From Guillardia theta CCMP2712 (Eukaryota > Protista > Cryptophyta): 64,000 bases of DNA. The notes below the pieces were generated by a model. That model was not told where the DNA came from and searched no databases. It was given only the letters and a program-made list of their open reading frames with translations. Position 1 is the first letter of the stretch, and each line of letters opens with the position of its first letter. Positions 1-11,066 of the stretch are shown one piece after another. The translations under genes were made by a program, and so were the position numbers. Where the stretch lies: contig NW_005434625.1 in NCBI RefSeq assembly GCF_000315625.1, forward strand, positions 203,726 through 267,725. The letters run 5' to 3'.

Positions 1-200
1 AGAAGCATGTTGGTCGTGTTGCGATGTGAGTTCCTTCTCTGAGGAGAGTGGAATTTTCGTCTTCACATCGTCACAAGGTCGACAAAGACTCAGAGGTTTA
101 CTCGCTGAGATGTAGAGGAATGAAGAACTCAGTTCTAGTCTCCCTCGTTCTCCTCCTCCTCCTCCTCCTCCCTCACTCCGAGCCCAGAAGCTCCTGGTCC

Positions 201-258
201 ATGCTCAATCGGCTCTTCCCCGCGCTTTGCGTTTCAGGGAGAAACGTCACGAGAGCAT
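201..258 (-). promoter_or_regulatory. Type II SECIS element (copy 1)
   Basis: Minus strand reads atgctc-tc-GTGAC-gtttctccctg-AAA-cgcaaagcg-cggggaagagc-CGAT-t-gagcat. This gives helix I (atgctc/gagcat), an RUGA/GA quartet, an 11-bp helix II with one C.A mismatch, unpaired AAA and an apical mini-helix cgc/gcg. It lies ~85 nt downstream of the SelO-type stop at 343-345. Confidence 0.9.
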
Positions 259-342
259 CTAGAGCTCCTCTCTCCCTACATCTTCTCGGCAGTCTCCAGC
301 TGCGCCCCAGCACATGGAGCACGTGCTGTAGCTGGAAACTGC

Positions 343-905
343 CTACGAAGATCCTGCCCACACTTTCAGCTGGAGGAAAGCAGGAGAGCATATCTTACAG
401 GTCATCGAGGCCGTGCCCAGCTTGGTGAAGGCCTCCTTGGGCGCGAGCTTGTAGTACTTGTCGACGAGGCTCTGCCGATGGCACTTGACCGTCACCGTCA
501 GGAGGCCCAAGTGGAGACGAACCTGATCCACGTTGACGCCGTATGGATCTTTGAAGAGCTCGTGGAGCTGCAGACAAGTAAGCCGGAAAAGAAGAAAAGG
601 CAAGAGGATGACGCGATGATGCTTCAGACGACTATGACCACGGCCAAAATGATAATGTAATATTGATATGATGGTGATGGTGGTGATGGTGATGATCATG
701 GGATGATGATCATGGGGGATGATGATGATGATGATTAGGAGGAGGGAGAAGGGAGGAGGAGGAGGAACTTCGGAAGCCTTGAAGATATGGAGGAGGAGGC
801 CCCCGAGGATCAGGAGGAGGAGGAACTTCGGAAACGAGGAGAAGAAGATTTGACCTCTTGCACAAGAGAGAAGTCTTCTTTTTCAGCTTGCTTGTACGCC
901 TGCAG
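343..905 (-). pseudogene. 5'-truncated duplicate of the last four SelO exons (copy 1)
   Basis: Exons AYKQAEKEDFSLVQE / LHELFKDPYGVNVDQ / SLVDKYYKLAPKEAFTKLGTASMT / U-SS* match the intact gene at 5916-6425. Homology breaks at ~905. Confidence 0.85.
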
Positions 906-1980
906 GCTTCAAGGCTTGTACGCCCTTGCCAGGCTTGTACGCCGGCCCGGTATCAGACGGACATGGCGGACTCCGAGCCTCGGCGGGGCTAGGCCTGGCC
1001 GGGCCCAAGCCCGGCGGTGCCGCCGGCCGCTGGCCTTGCTCGGAACTTGCCTTCCGAACCGCCCCGGGGACGGTCGTGACCTTCTGATCGCCAACTGGCA
1101 GATCCGTCGGAGCCAGCCGGTCCGAGCCTCGAAGTGGACTTGAACTTGTAAGGGTCAACTCACGCGGGTCAACTCGGCAGCAACAAGGCTGACCGTCATT
1201 ATTGGCTTCGTGTAAGGCCTTGTGACAGGCCACGAGGCGGGCTCGATATAGTCGCACGTGTTTTTAAAAGGAGATATACCCGTAGGGCCCGCTGAAAGGT
1301 CGTTGCTGAGGCGGGTTGCCTGGTGCCTTCGGAAATGAGTCTGAAGCGATGCATTATTGAAACTGAGTATATCCAAAAGTCGAGGTTTCGGAAAATATGT
1401 TTTTTTCGATGGATATGCAGTGGAGGGGATAAAAAAATAGTCCTCAGGATCAGGCGAGAAGTGGGGAGAGGAGGAGAGGGGAGGAGAGGAGAAGAGACAT
1501 CAGGGGAGAGAAGTGGCTCAGAAGCAGGACGTGGAGTCAGAGAAGGAGAGGACAGAAGAGGAGATGAGACATCAGGGGAGAGAAGAGAAGAGGAGAGGAG
1601 AGACGAGGAGAGGAGAGGAGAGCGACAGACTCGAGACAAAAAGGGCTTATTTCACTCCCAAGCAGTCAGGAGATACACGGAAGAGTAGGGTGCGCTTCAA
1701 GATATGTTGGAAGAAGAACACAGTAGCAGCAAGAAGCACGTCTCTTCGTCACATTGTTTGCTCAAAATCGCTCCAAGGAAGTGGTGGTTGTACTTGTTGT
1801 TAGCAGAGGAGGCAGCAATAGGGAGCATGTGTCTACAAGAGAACCATAATCGATGAGTGCCTTTTGTCCACTCACAGCCGCTGATTCTCACGGACTTTCA
1901 CTGCATAGGTTTGACTGGGCAGGCTGAAGGACCGTAACGAAAGGTCCGCCCCTGACTTGCTCAGCTTCCGACGCCCTGGC

Positions 1981-2640
1981 ATGGAGGGGCATCCGTCAGA
2001 TACCCTGACGAGTCACGAGGGTCAAGCTTCACGCGGAGAGGAGGGGCAGAGCCCTGCTCTGCCAACTTACGCCCCCCCGCGACCAGAAACACTCGTCGAT
2101 GCCATTGAGAACATCTTCTCTACAGCAGAGGATGAGGACGCCAAGTTGGGAGCTGGCGCTCATGCTGTCGACCCCTTCCTCGAGGACTTTCACTCCTCCA
2201 AGTGCACCATAGCCAGCAGAGAGTTGGAGTTGGTGCCGGCAGCCCTCACGGAGGACATGGCAGGAGACGAAGGCAGGAGCTTGCACCGATGCTCAGGCGC
2301 ACTGGTGGCGAGCATGACTCGAAAGAAGGGGGACGTGGGGGGGCACGGTAGAGCATGTTCGTCAAAGGATGCAGCAGCAGTAAGGGAGGCGAAGTCAAAG
2401 AGGGTGAGGAGGCAGTGGACGAGTGTGGAGCACGGGACGTTTGTGGAGATGTTCGAGAAGCTGCGAGACAAGAGTTTGACTGATGATCCTCCTCTTGGAC
2501 TAGGTGCTGGAGTGGCAGAAACAATCTCCCTGGTGCTGAAAACTCGCACACCAGCCCAAGTGCGTTCACATGCGCAGAAGTACTTCACGAAGATCCGCAA
2601 AGAGAAGGAGAAGAAGCAGGAGGGAGGCAACTGTGATAAT

Positions 2641-2671
<31 letters not shown>

Positions 2672-2763
2672 TGGAGGAGCAGGGGATCGAAGAGAGGGCT
2701 AAAGATAAGGGAGGGAGAGGAGGGAAGGGAGGACATCAGCGCAGTGGTCGACCGGCTGCTTGA
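1981..2763 (+). CDS. MYB-related (SHAQKYF class) transcription factor, copy 1
   Basis: RRQWTSVEHGTFVEMF...KTRTPAQVRSHAQKYF followed by an acidic/basic tail. First ATG at 1981; upstream exons not excluded. Confidence 0.88.
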
Positions 2764-2985
2764 AGGGAAGCGAGACAGTGAAGGGCAGAGAAGCATGTTG
2801 GTCGTGTTGCGATGTGAGTTCCTTCTCTGAGGAGAGTGGAATTTTCGTCTTCACATCGTCACAAGGTCGACAAAGACTCAGAGGTTTACTCGCTGAGATG
2901 TAGAGGAATGAAGAACTCAGTTCTAGTCTCCCTCGTTCTCCTCCTCCTCCTCCTCCCTTTCTCCGAGCCCAGAAGCTCCTGGTCC

Positions 2986-3043
2986 ATGCTCAATCGGCTC
3001 TTCCCCGCGCTTTGCGTTTCAGGGAGAAACGTCACGAGAGCAT
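2986..3043 (-). promoter_or_regulatory. Type II SECIS element (copy 2)
   Basis: Same sequence and fold as 201-258. Confidence 0.9.
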
Positions 3044-3127
3044 CTAGAGCTCCTCTCTCCCTACATCTTCTCGGCAGTCTCCAGCTGCGCCCCAGCACAT
3101 GGAGCACGTGCTGTAGCTGGAAACTGC

Positions 3128-3690
3128 CTACGAAGATCCTGCCCACACTTTCAGCTGGAGGAAAGCAGGAGAGCATATCTTACAGGTCATCGAGGCCGTG
3201 CCCAGCTTGGTGAAGGCCTCCTTGGGCGCGAGCTTGTAGTACTTGTCGACGAGGCTCTGCCGATGGCACTTGACCGTCACCGTCAGGAGGCCCAAGTGGA
3301 GACGAACCTGATCCACGTTGACGCCGTATGGATCTTTGAAGAGCTCGTGGAGCTGCAGACAAGTAAGCCGGAAAAGAAGAAAAGGCAAGAGGATGACGCG
3401 ATGATGCTTCAGACGACTATGACCACGGCCAAAATGATAATGTAATATTGATATGATGGTGATGGTGGTGATGGTGATGATCATGGGATGATGATCATGG
3501 GGGATGATGATGATGATGATTAGGAGGAGGGAGAAGGGAGGAGGAGGAGGAACTTCGGAAGCCTTGAAGATATGGAGGAGGAGGCCCCCGAGGATCAGGA
3601 GGAGGAGGAACTTCGGAAACGAGGAGAAGAAGATTTGACCTCTTGCACAAGAGAGAAGTCTTCTTTTTCAGCTTGCTTGTACGCCTGCAG
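3128..3690 (-). pseudogene. 5'-truncated duplicate of the last four SelO exons (copy 2)
   Basis: As 343-905, offset by 2785. Confidence 0.85.
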
Positions 3691-4765
3691 GCTTCAAGGC
3701 TTGTACGCCCTTGCCAGGCTTGTACGCCGGCCCGGTATCAGACGGACATGGCGGACTCCGAGCCTCGGCGGGGCTAGGCCTGGCCGGGCCCAAGCCCGGC
3801 GGTGCCGCCGGCCGCTGGCCTTGCTCGGAACTTGCCTTCCGAACCGCCCCGGGGACGGTCGTGACCTTCTGATCGCCAACTGGCAGATCCGTCGGAGCCA
3901 GCCGGTCCGAGCCTCGAAGTGGACTTGAACTTGTAAGGGTCAACTCACGCGGGTCAACTTGGCAGCAACAAGGCTGACCGTCATTATTGGCTTCGTGTAA
4001 GGCCTTGTGACAGGCCACGAGGCGGGCTCGATATAGTCGCACGTGTTTTTAAAAGGAGATATACCCGTAGGGCCCGCTGAAAGGTCGTTGCTGAGGCGGG
4101 TTGCCTGGTGCCTTCGGAAATGAGTCTGAAGCGATGCATTATTGAAACTGAGTATATCCAAAAGTCGAGGTTTCGGAAAATATGTTTTTTTCGATGGATA
4201 TGCAGTGGAGGGGATAAAAAAATAGTCCTCAGGATCAGGCGAGAAGTGGGGAGAGGAGGAGAGGGGAGGAGAGGAGAAGAGACATCAGGGGAGAGAAGTG
4301 GCTCAGAAGCAGGACGTGGAGTCAGAGAAGGAGAGGACAGAAGAGGAGATGAGACATCAGGGGAGAGAAGAGAAGAGGAGAGGAGAGACGAGGAGAGGAG
4401 AGGAGAGCGACAGACTCGAGACAAAAAGGGCTTATTTCACTCCCAAGCAGTCAGGAGATACACGGAAGAGTAGGGTGCGCTTCAAGATATGTTGGAAGAA
4501 GAACACAGTAGCAGCAAGAAGCACGTCTCTTCGTCACATTGTTTGCTCAAAATCGCTCCAAGGAAGTGGTGGTTGTACTTGTTGTTAGCAGAGGAGGCAG
4601 CAATAGGGAGCATGTGTCTACAAGAGAACCATAATCGATGAGTGCCTTTTGTCCACTCACAGCCGCTGATTCTCACGGACTTTCACTGCATAGGTTTGAC
4701 TGGGCAGGCTGAAGGACCGTAACGAAAGGTCCGCCCCTGACTTGCTCAGCTTCCGACGCCCTGGC

Positions 4766-5551
4766 ATGGAGGGGCATCCGTCAGATACCCTGACGAGTCA
4801 CGAGGGTCAAGCTTCACGCGGAGAGGAGGGGCAGAGCCCTGCTCTGCCAACTTACGCCCCCCCGCGACCAGAAACACTCGTCGATGCCATTGAGAACATC
4901 TTCTCTACAGCAGAGGATGAGGACGCCAAGTTGGGAGCTGGCGCTCATGCTGTCGACCCCTTCCTCGAGGACTTTCACTCCTCCAAGTGCACCATAGCCA
5001 GCAGAGAGTTGGAGTTGGTGCCGGCAGCCCTCACGGAGGACATGGCAGGAGACGAAGGCAGGAGCTTGCACCGATGCTCAGGCGCACTGGTGGCGAGCAT
5101 GACTCGAAAGAAGGGGGACGTGGGGGGGCACGGTAGAGCATGTTCGTCAAAGGATGCAGCAGCAGTAAGGGAGGCGAAGTCAAAGAGGGTGAGGAGGCAG
5201 TGGACGAGTGTGGAGCACGGGACGTTTGTGGAGATGTTCGAGAAGCTGCGAGACAAGAGTTTGACTGATGATCCTCCTCTTGGACTAGGTGCTGGAGTGG
5301 CAGAAACAATCTCCCTGGTGCTGAAAACTCGCACACCAGCCCAAGTGCGTTCACATGCGCAGAAGTACTTCACGAAGATCCGCAAAGAGAAGGAGAAGAA
5401 GCAGAAGGGAGGCAACTGTAATGACGACGACGACGACGACGATGACGACGACGACGACGAGATGGAGGAGGAGGGGATCGACGAGAGGATAGATAAGGGA
5501 GGGAGAGGAGGGAAGGGAGGACATCAGCGCAGTGGTCGACCGGCTGCTTGA
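4766..5551 (+). CDS. MYB-related (SHAQKYF class) transcription factor, copy 2
   Basis: Protein matches copy 1 except in the poly-Asp/C-terminal tail. Confidence 0.88.
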   Translation: MEGHPSDTLTSHEGQASRGEEGQSPALPTYAPPRPETLVDAIENIFSTAEDEDAKLGAGAHAVDPFLEDFHSSKCTIASRELELVPAALTEDMAGDEGRSLHRCSGALVASMTRKKGDVGGHGRACSSKDAAAVREAKSKRVRRQWTSVEHGTFVEMFEKLRDKSLTDDPPLGLGAGVAETISLVLKTRTPAQVRSHAQKYFTKIRKEKEKKQKGGNCNDDDDDDDDDDDDEMEEEGIDERIDKGGRGGKGGHQRSGRPAA

Positions 5552-5732
5552 AGGGAAGCGAGACAGTGAAGGGCAGAGAAGCATGTTGGTCGTGTTGCGA
5601 TGTGAGTTCCTTCTCTGAGGAGAGTGGAATTTTCGTCTTCACATCGTCACAAGGTCGACAAAGACTCAGAGGTTTACTCGCTGAGATGTAGAGGGATGAA
5701 GAACTCAGGTCTAGTCTCCCTCGTTCTCCTCC

Positions 5733-5854
5733 NNNNNNNNNNNNNNNNNNNNNNNNNNNNNNNNNNNNNNNNNNNNNNNNNNNNNNNNNNNNNNNNNNNN
5801 NNNNNNNNNNNNNNNNNNNNNNNNNNNNNNNNNNNNNNNNNNNNNNNNNNNNNN
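5733..5854. other. Assembly gap (122 N) covering the expected native SECIS position (~5774-5831)
   Basis: N run; expected position inferred from the 2788-bp offset. Confidence 0.95.
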
Positions 5855-5915
5855 CTTCTCGGCAGGCTCAAGCTGCGCCCCAGCACATGGAGCACGTGCT
5901 GTAGCTGGAAACTGC

Positions 5916-8731
5916 CTACGAAGATCCTGCCCACACTTTCAGCTGGAGGAAAGCAGGAGAGCATATCTTACAGGTCATCGAGGCCGTGCCCAGCTTGGTG
6001 AAGGCCTCCTTGGGCGCGAGCTTGTAGTACTTGTCGACGAGGCTCTGCCGATGGCACTTGACCGTCACCGTCAGGAGGCCCAAGTGGAGACGAACCTGAT
6101 CCACGTTGACGCCGTATGGATCTTTGAAGAGCTCGTGGAGCTGCAGACAAGTAAGCCGGAAAAGAAGAAAAGGCAAGAGGATGACGCGATGATGCTTCAG
6201 ACGACTATGACCACGGCCAAAATGATAATGTAATATTGATATGGTGATGATGCTGATGGTGATGGTTGATTGTTATGGTGATGGAAGGTGATGATGGTGA
6301 TGATCATGGGGCGATGATGATGAGGAGGAGGGAGGAGGAGGGAGGAGGGAGGAGGAAGGAGGAGGAGAAGAAGATTTGACCTCTTGCACAAGAGAGAAGT
6401 CTTCTTTTTCAGCTTGCTTGTACGCCTGCAGGTGCCATGAGCTCGTCGCGCGCTAACAGTTGACCTACCTCAACCAACATCCACTCACGTGGGATGAACA
6501 TGGGGCTCTCTGGTGAAACATCAGCAAGTCTCCTCCTCACCCTCTCCCCCCCCCCTACTCCCCCCACCCCCCTAGTCTCTCTCTCCTAATCTCACCGCTT
6601 CTTATCTGTTCTGCTGCCTGCTGCGCGGTGGTTCCCTCGTTGGCTAGCTCGTTCCTGTCACTTGAGTCACGAGCTGCAGGCTCCCTCGCCTTCTTCACCT
6701 CCAGCGCTTGAGGAACTTGATCCAGCTCTCCTTCAGCTCGTCTACAGCAGGGTGAGAAGCTTTCCACCTCCAGCCTTGTGCACCCGTCAGCGGCTCGTAG
6801 AAACCAGCCAGCAGGGGCGCCAGGAGCTTTTCGTCCTCTGCCGACAAGTCACGTGACTTCATTGGAGCAGCCTCGAGGCTCGACCTGCCCCGTCCTCGAC
6901 CAGCACCACCTCTGCAAGCTGACGGAGGTGTGAGACGGAGTGATGGCAGGTAAGAGAGGAGAGTCACCTGTCTCCAGATGATGGTCCAGTCGCCGCACGA
7001 GCGGCGGAGCAAGTCCTCATAGGTGTTGAACAGATCCTGAGCGACTGCAAGAGGTTTCAGAGCTCCGCAAGCGCTTCCGGGAGTTCTCACGTTCATCGTT
7101 CTGCTGCCTCAGTCCAAACTTCCTCCTCCACACGTCTTGGACAGATGAAAGAACAGAGCTGCTCCCAACCGCGTCAACCTCATTTTTGATGTACACACTC
7201 GCATACCGCTTCGCGTATGTCAACACCTCACGCACGTCGTCCAGCCCTCCGCTCAGGACGGGCGAGAGCGACACAGCGAACTAGAACAAGGTGAGGGAGG
7301 AGGAGGAGAGTGAGGCAAATACCGTCTGAGACGAGGAATGCGGCAGAGAGCAACAAAAGGCAGACACCAAGGTCAGCACACTGTGAGGCAAGTTCTTCTC
7401 CCGCGCACCTGCAAGTTGGCGAGGATCGCGTTGGGCTGGTTCATGAAGGCATAGTGATCTCCGCTGCCAACCCACTTGGCAAAGAGAGGGTCATAGCAGT
7501 CGATAAAGCCGAAGGGCCCGTAGTCCATCGTCCTCCCGCCCACCAGGCAGTTGTCCGCATTGAAGTTGCCCTGACAGAAACCAACACGAAGCCAGTCGGC
7601 CACCAGCCGTCCGAACCTGTCAGCAGCTGCTCGCAACATCTCCTTGGCTCGGGCGGGGAGAGGAGCGTCGGGCGAGACGTCAGGATACTCTCTGAACAAG
7701 GCATGCGAGATGAGCTGCTCAAGCTGACGCAGCCCGTCAGGGGTCGGAGCGACCTCCGCCCTCCTGGCGAAGAGGTCGAGATGCCCGACCCTCAAGAAGC
7801 TGGGGGATACGCGGGTTGTGATGGCGCAGGACTCGCGGATCATCACGTCCGGCTCAGCTAGCTTCAACGCGATCTCCCGCATGTACATCTTCCTCTCGTG
7901 GGCTGGTAGGCTCGCTAGCCTCGGATGATCTTCTGACGGCATCCGATCCTCTCCGCTGTACCAGGGACGGCGAGCTTTCTCAGTCTCGCTCTTGATGAGG
8001 CAGAGGGCGCGGGTAGTGGGGACGCGCAGATGGAACATGGCCTCTGAAGCAAGGAACTCCCTGATGGACGACCGGAGCACTGCCCGGCCGTCGCCTCCCC
8101 GACAGAAAGGAGTAGTCCCCGACCCCTTCATCTGCAGCTCCCAGCGCTCTCCGTTCACCACCACCTCCCCGATACTGATCGCTCGCCCGTCTCCGTATCC
8201 GTTGCCCGTGCCAAAGGGGCAGTTGTGGGTATACCGATTCCCCATGATGGAAAGAGCGTACGGGGTACACCACGACTCGAGCTCCGGGACCAGCGACTGC
8301 TCTCCGCTGAAGAACCTGACGAACTGATCCGACTGCACAACCTCCTCGCTCAGCCCCAAGTGCTTGCTCATGTCCTCTGAGTGGATGATCAGCTTGGGAT
8401 CCGGCAGAGGCGTCGGCAGGACCCTAACGTAATGCCCTGACTTGACCTCTCGAGATTTCCTGTTGGGAGCATGGAGCTCTGTCTCTGGATCTGCTTCTAA
8501 CTGCTCCAACCACGAGTGGCTCGCACACTCCCCCAACTTTGCGAGAGTCTCCATGCCGGGCAAAGTCGCGAAGTTCCTCGCGCTGCACCTGAGGTCAAGT
8601 GCGTTTCTGGGTGTGCCCGCGGTTCTGAGAAGCAACCTGCTGCTGGAGAAACAAGCGCTTCGAGAAAGATGCCCGAAGATGAGAGCAGATAAGAGATTAC
8701 AACACCTTGACGAGAGAAGTCGGTGTTGCAT
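5916..8731 (-). CDS. SELENOO: Selenoprotein O (YdiU/UPF0061 pseudokinase-fold AMPylase), multi-exon, C-terminal Sec, probable mitochondrial presequence
   Basis: Motifs YGDGRA, ELQMKGSGTTPFCRGGDGRAVLRSSIREFLASEAM, FLRVGH, GFCQGNFNADN and MDYGPFGF, then WRRKFGL, DWTIIWRQ and SPMFIPREWMLVE. Terminal exons 6509-6469, 6425-6381, 6140-6096, 6044-5972 and 5926-5916 join to end ...GTASMT-U-SS*. N-terminus is R/S/L-rich. Confidence 0.93.
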
Positions 8732-9429
8732 CCGAGATTCACCAACAGCCCTAGACGAAAGGAAAAGTTGTGGCGAACGAGTCTACTCTCCTAAAGCCCA
8801 ACAAACATCGTGGCGATGAGGCTTGGAAGATGATATTCGCTAACCTACGTAGAAGAACTGTCAGTCATCGAGAAGACCATCATGATGGTCTCTTCTACTT
8901 CTTGTTCAGGTCTGGGTCGACATCCTACCATTGCAGGGTTCCTTCTTCCTCCTTAAAATCCTCGATGTTCTGCACCTAGACAACCATGGCATGGACTTGA
9001 TGCAGGAGTCCTGCTCCTCCTGCTCCTCCTGCTCCTCCTGACAACTCTATCTCCTCATCGCCCTCCATCGCCGCCGCCTCGTTCTTCTCTCTGATCTTCG
9101 ACTGCCATCGTGCATTTATGCATGGAACTTCGTCCATTGTGCTACCCCTCCTTGGGACATCCATCAGACCCGTACCTCTACCACCCCACCCCCTCGTTTG
9201 CGGGGGTTGGGTCTTTGAATGTTGCACAAAGACTGTCACTGACCTCCGAGGGCCCGGGCCCGGTGCCGGCCTTGACTGACCTTTGATGGGAACAAGTCTG
9301 CCTCAGATAAGTATGTTAGGAAGACGTCAAGACATCAATCATAATCTAGCGATTTCCTCCAATCCAAATTGGCGGCTGCCTTGAACATCCGGATTTAGCA
9401 ATGCTGGTGCGGTAGGGAGGGGAGGGAAC

Positions 9430-10632
9430 ATGAGCAGCAGAGACGAAGAGGCGCTCCATGCGCTGGTGCTGGTACCTACCTCTAGCACATTGCAAGTGAA
9501 GCAGCCATGGCGAGCTGTAGTAGCAGGCATGCTAGTGGCGGTTCTTGTCCTGTTTGCCGTCAGGTACGTCCTTATGTCAGCCCTCACCCCGGCGACCGCT
9601 GAAATGCTCCGCTAGCACACCCTCCAGCAGCAGAGAGAAGGACGAGCTTACCCTCCGTAGCGCAACCTTGACGATCAAGGTGACAATCAGCGCAGCCGCC
9701 CGTCGTGAACGTGACGATTTCGTAGGATCTTGCCAACGAGTATGACCTGGAGAATCACTTTGGAGAGGGTCAAGAAGACTCCTTCTCCTTCTGCGGGAAG
9801 AGCGTGCTAAACCAGGTCCGTCGAGCTTGCATGCTTGTTGAGCCGCCGCATGCTGACGGTGCCTGAAGAGGGAGGTGCGGCTGTGCGCGGAGAGATTCCT
9901 TTCTCTGCTATCTGGGCACACACAGGGCCGGGTGAAGGAACATAGCAGTCAACTGTGGGGCCTCCCCCACCTCACGGCGTACAGCCGATGCACACGGGCA
10001 AAGACGATCGACCAGGTGAGCAGTAGGACCCTCCTGGAGTCGGCGCTCACCAGCTGCTGCCTTGCAGGTGAAGGGATGCATACGGTCCGTGACGGCTGCT
10101 CTGTCCAAGAGGGCCATCATCCAGCACCAGGTGGGCGCGAGGAAGGACTGCGGGAGAGGTGACGCGAGAGATGGCAGAGACAAGGGACCTCCGAGTTCGA
10201 CAAGGGCCTGGAGGAAGTCGCCGAGGAGTCCGTGAAGAGAGTACAAGGCAGCGACCCCATTGAAGGGCTGAATGGAGGTAGTGCTGGAGAAGTCGCGGGA
10301 GAAGAGCGAGAGGTGCTGATGATTTTGGCGATCAGGCATGAACGGTGAGACCTCGGAAGGTTCCAACTCAAAGTATCTGCAAGAGAAGGCGAGAGGAGCG
10401 CAGGAGGGGATGGGTGAGGACGCAGTGCCTGCGGTGGTGCGACGGACTGAAGTGCTGCTGCAGTCCCAGGTTGCGAGAAGCTGGGGATCAGCGGTTGTGC
10501 GAGTGTGAAAGATGGAGGACTTCGTCCTTCGGTGAAGGTGCGAGTGTAGAGCGCTCGTGGACAGGATCTTCTCACGTCTGGTCGATGCAGGAAAGAGCTC
10601 TCGATGCTATTCGGGAAGGGAACGAGCACTGA
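9430..10632 (+). CDS. Hypothetical multi-exon protein with N-terminal membrane anchor and Cys-rich C-terminus
   Basis: ATG at 9430, hydrophobic AVVAGMLVAVLVLFAV, a series of short GT-AG intron candidates. No recognised domain. Confidence 0.45.
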
Positions 10633-11066
10633 TGGTAGACCGGGCGCTACGGGACAAGTCTCGGAGATCTGTTTGCTTTCAATTTCCGTCACGAAAGATG
10701 ATCTAACGACTAGTTCTTTCATGTATCACAACGTGTATGCCATGTTTGATACGACATAGCTGATTCTCTGTAAACGATCGCTTCAACTTGCTCTCATATG
10801 AACGCTGCAAGTTCCTCACACTGACACCTGATGGGTCATAGAGATGTCTTGAGGTTACCAACATGTCCCGCTCTCGCTCCTTCCCCTCCCTCCGCCAGCA
10901 TCAGCACTGCTGTACGGTTCTGTATCCGTTCTCACCTCAGCCCACCCACCCATTCTGAGGAGTACCCCTCGTTTAATCATTATGAGTACCCCACTAATCC
11001 CAATGATCAGTACCCCATTCGCTTTTCGGACCCCTAAAGTCTCAGCAAACTCGGGACTCCCTAGCA

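Larger units (their letters stand above)
1..6432. repeat. Tandem segmental duplication, period ~2785-2788 bp: two full units plus the homologous native segment
   Basis: Position 1 recurs at 2789 and 5577. ORFs recur at 48/2836/5624, 1957/4742 and 343/3128/5916. Homology ends at ~6432, where the intact SelO gene continues. Small differences exist between copies. Confidence 0.97.

Noticed and set aside
48-428. Plus-strand 126-aa ORF with apparent signal peptide (also at 2836 and 5624)
   Set aside because: The poly-Leu is a CTC microsatellite, the start is GTG, and the ORF is antisense to the SelO tail and SECIS.
1199-1803. ORFs rich in R/G/E or S/P/L
   Set aside because: Translations of GAGAG-type purine repeats.
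5943-5971. Internal CAG in the Sec intron as an alternative acceptor
   Set aside because: It would leave a 29-nt intron, well below the ~43-51 nt sizes seen here, and would destroy the conserved U-SS end.
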